A DNA stretch of 63,164 nt, the filler included, from Stramenopiles sp. TOSAG23-2 (taxonomy: Eukaryota): the NCBI GenBank assembly GCA_900128395.1. It is 15 parts of 15 records of this genome, joined end to end, with 100 filler letters (N's around TTAATTAATTAA, not from the genome) between each part and the next. Parts side by side here need not be neighbours in the genome. Positions count along the whole stretch, not along the records: positions 54,862 to 58,963 come from LT650991.1; positions 59,064 to 63,164 come from LT650992.1; 13 more parts are not named here. One strand, 5' to 3'. Below the pieces are notes generated by a model that ran no database searches, had not been told where the DNA came from, and saw nothing but the letters and a program-made list of their open reading frames with translations. Numbering within the stretch: position 1 is the stretch's first letter; every line of letters starts with the position of its first letter. The position numbers and the translations under genes are program-made. Shown here piece after piece: positions 56,794 to 63,164 of this stretch.

Positions 56794-58335
56794 TTAAAAT
56801 ACAGTTTTCTTATCTCCATAAGCAGGCGTCCATCTAACTCCAGCGGGAGTTTTTAATGGCCTATTATCACTATCCATAAAATCATCAGCTTCTGATACCA
56901 TTAATTTATTGTAATCCATGCCATCCACATTTTTTCTTATATCCTCTTTCTCGGTAGCTTTTGTTTCTGGTAATAAAAAGTATACAAATGCCGCACCAAT
57001 CAATGACATGAAGCCATAGAAGAAAAAAACGTTTCCAATGCCCATAGCACCTTTTAATAATGGAAACATAAAACTAGTAAAAATATTCATAGCGTTGCAT
57101 AAAAAGTTACTTAATGCCAATCCTTCATTTCGTACATCTTGAGGAAAGGCTTCACTTGCCATCAAAAAAAATAAAGGCCCAGGCCCAGTTTCAAATCCAG
57201 CTAAGTAGATCATCATAGCTAGTACTGGTAAAATTGGGGATGTTAAATCCATATTAGCATTTATACCCATTAATATACATGCTACAAGCATTGCGCCTAA
57301 TCCTCCTAACATTAATACTCTTCTTCCTAAACGATCGATTAAATAAATACTAATACCAACTGCTAAGGTATTCCATAGACCAACTACAAACATATCGATC
57401 AATAGTGGATTTGACATATGCTGTCCTTGAAAAATTTGAGGTCCATAAAACATTACAGCATTAATACCAGTCATTTGTTGGCATAATGGTAAACCGATGC
57501 ATATAATAAGCCATTTGAAACCTTTCCTTGAACATAGCAATTTGTAACCACCAGCTCTATTCATACCATTGCCTTGGGAAAGCCCAGTTTCATCAATCGT
57601 ATCCATCATACCATAATTATTTTTCACATCATCATCATTAAGAAGTTTATCTGTCAACCATCCATCACTTTCCGGCATAAAAAATATTGTATATAATAAT
57701 GATAATCCACCAGGGAAAACCCCAAAACCGAATTGGAGCATCCATGAAAGTGGTTCAAAACATCCAAGATTGTTTGGGTTGAATGTATAATTAATTGTTT
57801 CTGCAACGAAAATTGACAAACAAATGTTTGCTTGAAATATCACACCCAAAGTTCCTCTTTTTGCTGGCGGTGCCATCTCGGTGACAAACATTGGGCAAAT
57901 TGTCGCGACTGCACCAATTGCAATCCCTAAAATAAAACGCAAAAGCACTTGAATTACAAAGTTATTAATTAAACCCATAAGTAAAGGGCATATTGTAGCC
58001 AAGAGGGAAATACATATCATCCCAATTCGTCTTCCTTTTGCTTTTGCAAGCACTGGTCCAACAAATGCACCTAATAACATACCGACTAAAATATCAGAAA
58101 CAAATAAACCTTCAAATGCTGCCATATTACTTTCACTTGTTGTTTCCACCATAACACCAGGATGATCCTTAATTTTAACACATGTTTTTTTCTCCGGATC
58201 ATAAAATGTTGCATTAAAAAATCCTTCAAGAGCAGGCTTTGATATACCAGCTACAATTGCTGTATTATATCCATACATGAAGCCAGAAAAAATAGATACA
58301 ATAACGCAATGTATTATTGAAGATTCAATTACCAT
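56794..58335 (-). CDS. MFS sugar porter family transporter
   Basis: GFMYGYNT, GRR, EMAPPAKRG, PES, QQMTGINAVMFY, DRLGRR, SEAFP and PETK. Confidence 0.95.
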   Translation of the reverse strand: MVIESSIIHCVIVSIFSGFMYGYNTAIVAGISKPALEGFFNATFYDPEKKTCVKIKDHPGVMVETTSESNMAAFEGLFVSDILVGMLLGAFVGPVLAKAKGRRIGMICISLLATICPLLMGLINNFVIQVLLRFILGIAIGAVATICPMFVTEMAPPAKRGTLGVIFQANICLSIFVAETINYTFNPNNLGCFEPLSWMLQFGFGVFPGGLSLLYTIFFMPESDGWLTDKLLNDDDVKNNYGMMDTIDETGLSQGNGMNRAGGYKLLCSRKGFKWLIICIGLPLCQQMTGINAVMFYGPQIFQGQHMSNPLLIDMFVVGLWNTLAVGISIYLIDRLGRRVLMLGGLGAMLVACILMGINANMDLTSPILPVLAMMIYLAGFETGPGPLFFLMASEAFPQDVRNEGLALSNFLCNAMNIFTSFMFPLLKGAMGIGNVFFFYGFMSLIGAAFVYFLLPETKATEKEDIRKNVDGMDYNKLMVSEADDFMDSDNRPLKTPAGVRWTPAYGDKKTVF

Positions 58336-60251
58336 TTTCTGTATTTGAAAAATATTACTATTGTTATTATTATTATTATCGGTTCCGTGTGTATTTTCGT
58401 CCGATTATACGTTTCTCTATTTTAATATAGATATATATATACTGTATATATTTATGTATGTATGTATGTATATGGATGTAATGATGGTGATATATACTGT
58501 CTCTAGTATTTTTTGAGTTTTATTTATTATTATTTAAATTTAAATTTCAACAAACAACAAAAAAAATGATGTTGGTAATGGGCACATCATGGTGGTCGTA
58601 AAAAAAATAATTATAAATTGTGGTGGTGCAGTTTTCATATTCTAGTGCTATACTTAAAATTTAAATTTACCTATATAATTTTTTATTTTGTTAAGGTATT
58701 ATATGTTTGTCCGCATTGTCTTTTTCGAAAGAATCTGACGTGCTGACGTCAGACTTAGACTATCGCGTCTTTTTAGAAAGAGTCTGACGACGTAGACGCA
58801 GACGACAATCGTCTTTTCTTTTTTCTTTTCTGTGACCTAAGTTAAAGTGCCTATAATGTTGCTAATCTTGGAAAAGTCTAGGACCTAGACCTAGATTACG
58901 TCTAATCTAACCACTATAATAACCACTAACCAGCTAAATCTAAATCTGTGGTTCTGTGTGGAGNNNNNNNNNNNNNNNNNNNNNNNNNNNNNNNNNNNNN
59001 NNNNNNNTTAATTAATTAANNNNNNNNNNNNNNNNNNNNNNNNNNNNNNNNNNNNNNNNNNNNTGGACATTATAATATTTATACACGCATCCGGTTGTAA
59101 CAAAACCGGCTGCACTAAAGAGTGCCACCACATGAGAAAAACATATCTATCGCATCCTCTAACATGCCAAAAAGTTATGAAAAAATGTTTTCATCACGCA
59201 AAAAAGTCTCGATGTTCCCTTTCCAAAAAAAATGTGCGACGGCCAGTATTGGGGAAAAAATACAACGGAGGAAAATCCACGCCCAAAACGCTTTGCGCAA
59301 GCACGTCGGACAATCTTTCACCTCTGACAACGGGCATCGATCGTAAAAACATAAAAAAAATATAGTTGCTAAATATTGTCAATATTTTAAAATAACATTA
59401 TTTACCAATCTCGCAATGCCTCTTTGGCATTTTCAATTTCTTCCATTCGCCTGCTTGGACTCGGAAGTCGTTCTTGGCTAGCACCCAGTAAAAATACCCA
59501 GTAAAAATAACCAACCACCTAAATTCCAAACACGTAACAGATTTAAACTTGTATTAACATGTAAATAAGTAAAATATATTTCATTTTTTTACTGTTTTTC
59601 TTCCATCGTAAATTAGTTAATTAATTATTGATTCAATATATCCCCCTAATATCTGTTGGCGCGTCATTACCATCTTAGACAGATGCCGCAACAGATTCCG
59701 CAAGCACATGAAAGGTACAGAACGTTGTTGAGTGCCATGTTGAGTCTTGAGTCTTGAGTGTGAGGAGAGCATCTGAAATGAGTTAATTTACATTCAATTT
59801 TAGATTATGTCCATTCATTTATGTTATTCGAAGCCTTAGATGTTTTTCGTTTTTTCCACTTCTTTAACGATTCTGGGGCAACCGGGTAGGACGGTGGAAA
59901 CAACGAGCGCCGGTCCGGATTTAATTGGTACCTGCCATTTTTTACAATGTAATGAGGAATGTTCTTGGAAGTAGAAAAGAGTCGAATCATTTTTTTTTTC
60001 AATAATAGAAGACAATATATTTACTTGTTTAACCACACAATCGCTTTTATTTTTTTCTTAAATATATCCATGATACCTACCAGGTAGTACAATTTAAGGA
60101 AAAATTCAATATATTCCCTTATTGGCGCGTTGGGACCCTGGGAGAATTTTGCACGGCGTACGTAATGACCCGGCAACGGAGTCAACGAATTGAAATTGAA
60201 TAAAGTTGTTAAAGTTGAAGAACACCATCAACGTATGGAAGGAAGAGGGAG

Positions 60252-60551
60252 ATGGCAATCCCCGTACCGATTCCCAGTACTGGACAATCTTGCAACAACA
60301 AGAAGGGATTATGCGAACCTAAAGAAGAGCCAAAGACGACTCCAACACCAAGACCACGTCCAATGCCGACCCCACGTAACAAGATAAAGACATGTTCAAA
60401 ACATCATCGCCAAGATTGGAATCATCGATTGAATTGGAAACAGTGTCCTGACTGTTCTGACCTAAAAACGGAAGAAGCATGTTTACAACCTAAAGGATTT
60501 GACGATATAGAAAAAAAACCAGGTAATGCTACTTGTTGTTCTTGGAAATAA
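60252..60551 (+). CDS. Short Cys-rich ORF with Pro/Thr linker, possibly a gene fragment
   Basis: 99 aa, TTPTPRPRPMPTP spacer and 8 Cys; no signal peptide in this frame. Confidence 0.35.
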   Translation: MAIPVPIPSTGQSCNNKKGLCEPKEEPKTTPTPRPRPMPTPRNKIKTCSKHHRQDWNHRLNWKQCPDCSDLKTEEACLQPKGFDDIEKKPGNATCCSWK

Positions 60552-61826
60552 TCCAATATTATAATGTGTTGACCACGCAGTATTTTTTTTCCTAATATAA
60601 AGCAAAGGCCTTATGTGGAAGCGAGGCTTCCGTGGAAAATAACTTTGTACTTGAAGAGCCGAAACTTGTCATTTTTTTTTTGTTTTGGTAATTGTTTATA
60701 TACGATTTATCTATCTGTAACAATTATTCTGCTTTTGTGGTCAATAATAATATGTCTATATATATATCAGAAAAAATCTTAATCGTCTACTGGTCGTCTA
60801 CTGCATAATATAAACTATATTATTTCAATTATATAAATTTTTTAGAAGAAGAAGACTTTTAGACTTCTAAATCTTAGCATGCACGTACCTGGTATTATTA
60901 TGCACAGCATTCCAGGAATTGAAGAAGAAATTGGTAAAGTGCAGGCATGTCGTAAAGTCTAGAAAACTGTATACTGTAGGTGCGTAGCAAGGATAAAGGC
61001 CGGACAAAAGTTTTTTTTGCGTTGCAATTATTAATACTAATACTATTATACTATGTTTTTATATTACAGGTATTAATAATACTTAACTTTTGTAAATAGT
61101 GTTCCTATCAAAATGGGGAAAAGTGAAAAAAGGGACAAAAGTTAAAAGTTAAAATATATATATAAAATTTAATATGGGGTGGGGGAATGTGCATATGTGC
61201 ATTTGATAAAAATACAAATCAGAAGAGCACAGATGTGACTAGATATTTCGTGGAAAACAGAGTACATTGACAAAACTATATATATATATATATATATATT
61301 CGTATTATACGACAAATACTAGAACAGATCAACAAACATGCATTCGTATATCAAGACTGGAAGTAAAAAGTCAATTGAAGACGATGAAAACAACAACCAA
61401 AAATCCACAACCATCAACCCATTAATATGTAAGTGTATATTTATATATTCATATACTAGCGTTGCTGGTATATTAAATGGAGACAAACTTTTCATATAAT
61501 TATCTATTTTTGTACAAACATCCAAATAATTGTTGTCATTATACCTCTCTGATCGAAGATTTCTCTCCACTTTCATTCTTCCCCTTCCCTTTTCCATATT
61601 TTAAGAATTTCTTCAGGTGAAACAAAAGATAAATACAAAAGGGATGCACCAATATAAATACAAGTTGTTTTATGTATTCCGACTTTTTCAATGTCAAATC
61701 AATACAAACATGTGGATAATTGGTTATTTACTTGCAAATTTTGTCCAATTTAATGCATATTTCGATCCATTTTTGCATAAAAAACCACTAGTGTTTAACC
61801 GTAGTATGGACATAGCATTGAACCAT

Positions 61827-62781
61827 ATCACAGATTCTGTGATTGCTTTCGCCACTTATACAGATCAAATTGGTTTGTTACTAGCAATTAAATGTAATTG
61901 TTATTAGTTATAAAAATCATTTTGTTGATATTTGTCTTCATAGATGAAATTTACACTGGCCATTTTAAAATGGATTCTTGTTTTGAAATAAGCAGAATAA
62001 GCCTGTGTTCACTGTAATGTGAAAAGACATGCACATACTATGGCATTTTTAAAACATGTTTTGAAATAAGCAGAATAAGCCTGTGTTCACTGTAATGTGA
62101 AAAGACATGGACATACTATGGCATTTTTAAAACAATCACAGATTTTGTGATCACCAAGCATAGTTCTATTTCCTTGTAAAATGCAAATGTCGATCAGAGG
62201 ATGATGTAACTTTTGAAAATAATTGCGGATATTTTTCACTCCGTAAAAGCTTCATTTGGATTGTTGATTAGTATGTAAATACAATGGCAACAGATCACAG
62301 ATTCTGTGATGAAAATTGGACTTTTTACATTTTCCTTAAACTTGCCAGAGGATTAAAGATGTCCCTTTTATGTTCATTCAAACTGTATATTAAATGCTTC
62401 ATGCTAGAGATAATATGTTCATAAAATAAGGAAATAGGCTAAAATCTAATTCTGATTCAACTCCATCACAGAATCTGTGATCTAAATTTTTAGTTCATTC
62501 TGTGTCGGTGCTAATATTCTATAGTAGGCACACAGTATGCAATTTGATGTTATTGTCATGTTAATTTTCCTCGCAACCCTACCCCAAACACTGAACGTAA
62601 TTTTCTCTATGGAAATAGCATTACGCCATCACAGATTCTGTGATTTTAAATATTCAAATTTGGAGTGGGCAACGAGTAACCTGGTATTAAGCCCACATCA
62701 TTTATTACACCACCAATACCCCAAACACTGAACGTAATTTTCTCTATGGAAATAGCATTACGAGTTCACAGATTCTGTGAT
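61827..62781. repeat. Six dispersed copies of the 17-bp palindrome ATCACAGA(W)TCTGTGAT
   Basis: Copies start at 61827, 62135 (1 mismatch), 62294, 62465, 62628 and 62765 (1 mismatch). Confidence 0.92.
61979..62134 (+). repeat. 78-bp tandem duplication (1 mismatch)
   Basis: 61979-62056 vs 62057-62134. Confidence 0.93.
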
Positions 62782-62817
62782 TTTAAATATTCAAATTTGG
62801 AGTGGGCAACGAGTAAC
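62580..62817 (+). repeat. ~101-bp direct repeat with 137-bp period
   Basis: TACCCCAAACACTGAACG...GGGCAACGAGTAAC at 62580-62680 and 62717-62817; each copy carries one 17-bp palindrome. Confidence 0.92.
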
Positions 62818-62875
62818 TTTATTATGGTACTCTGTATTTATGTATTTTTGATTCCGCCACTATTATGTCCAGGAA

Positions 62876-62915
62876 ATCTCTTATTATGTCCAGGCGCCTG
62901 GACATAATAAGAGAT
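62876..62915. repeat. Perfect 40-bp palindrome centred on GGCGCC
   Basis: ATCTCTTATTATGTCCAGGC|GCCTGGACATAATAAGAGAT, with further TATTATGTCCAG copies at 62861 and ~62978. Confidence 0.93.
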
Positions 62916-63164
62916 ATTTTCCAGTTCTGCTAGCATGACACAGCGTTAGAGAACTCAGAAAACTCAGTTCTTGCTGTTATTATGTCCAGTTTGGGGGACA
63001 TGATAATTATAATATTAGCACTGGTTCACCTTATAAATACCGGATAGTTTTAATAGTGAATAATTGATAATTGATATGTATTTTAAGGATAGTTTATTAT
63101 CACACGTATTATTTTTAGTAGAATAGCAAGTATAAAAGAAATCATTCATTGTACCAGCAGTTTC

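Noticed and set aside
59064-60250. Short ORFs in a GC-richer patch as an endogenous viral fragment
   Set aside because: No recognisable viral hallmark gene or motif, so the call cannot be supported from sequence alone.
61827-62781. Palindromic repeat array as a CRISPR locus
   Set aside because: The repeats are only 17 bp, the spacers are 120-290 bp and irregular, there are no cas genes, and the context is eukaryotic.
1-63164. Alternative genetic code, tRNA or rRNA genes
   Set aside because: Conserved genes translate fully in the standard code and end at TAA, TAG or TGA. I recognised no structured RNA gene by eye, though a covariance-model scan was not run.

Overview
This window is not one locus. 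It is 15 unrelated contigs of about 4.1 kb (4147 down to 4101 bp, in decreasing length order) joined by 100-nt N44-TTAATTAATTAA-N44 linkers, so neighbourhood across a linker means nothing. The DNA is AT-rich, gene-dense, mostly intron-poor eukaryotic nuclear DNA in the standard code, with GT-AG introns and many poly-Asn/Asp runs. It probably comes from a heterotrophic protist, possibly a stramenopile (inference only). Several inversion junctions suggest whole-genome amplification (MDA) chimeras: a 4.1-kb spacerless palindrome, a 33-bp inverted contig tip and back-to-back ankyrin fragments. About 30 genes or gene fragments are recognisable. Best leads: (1) an intact alpha-tubulin with Ala at the catalytic GTPase-activating Glu254 position, plus GGGTGGG and no K40; (2) four mutually homologous 73-79-nt spliceosomal introns (introner-like) packed into one Asp-box/BNR gene; (3) a mandelate-racemase-family dehydratase fused to a D-2-hydroxyacid dehydrogenase; (4) a quasi-periodic array of a 17-bp palindrome followed by a 40-bp hairpin; (5) Helitron-like and hAT-like termini; (6) a GrpE with a predicted membrane anchor. 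All calls come from reading motifs by eye; no database searches were run.
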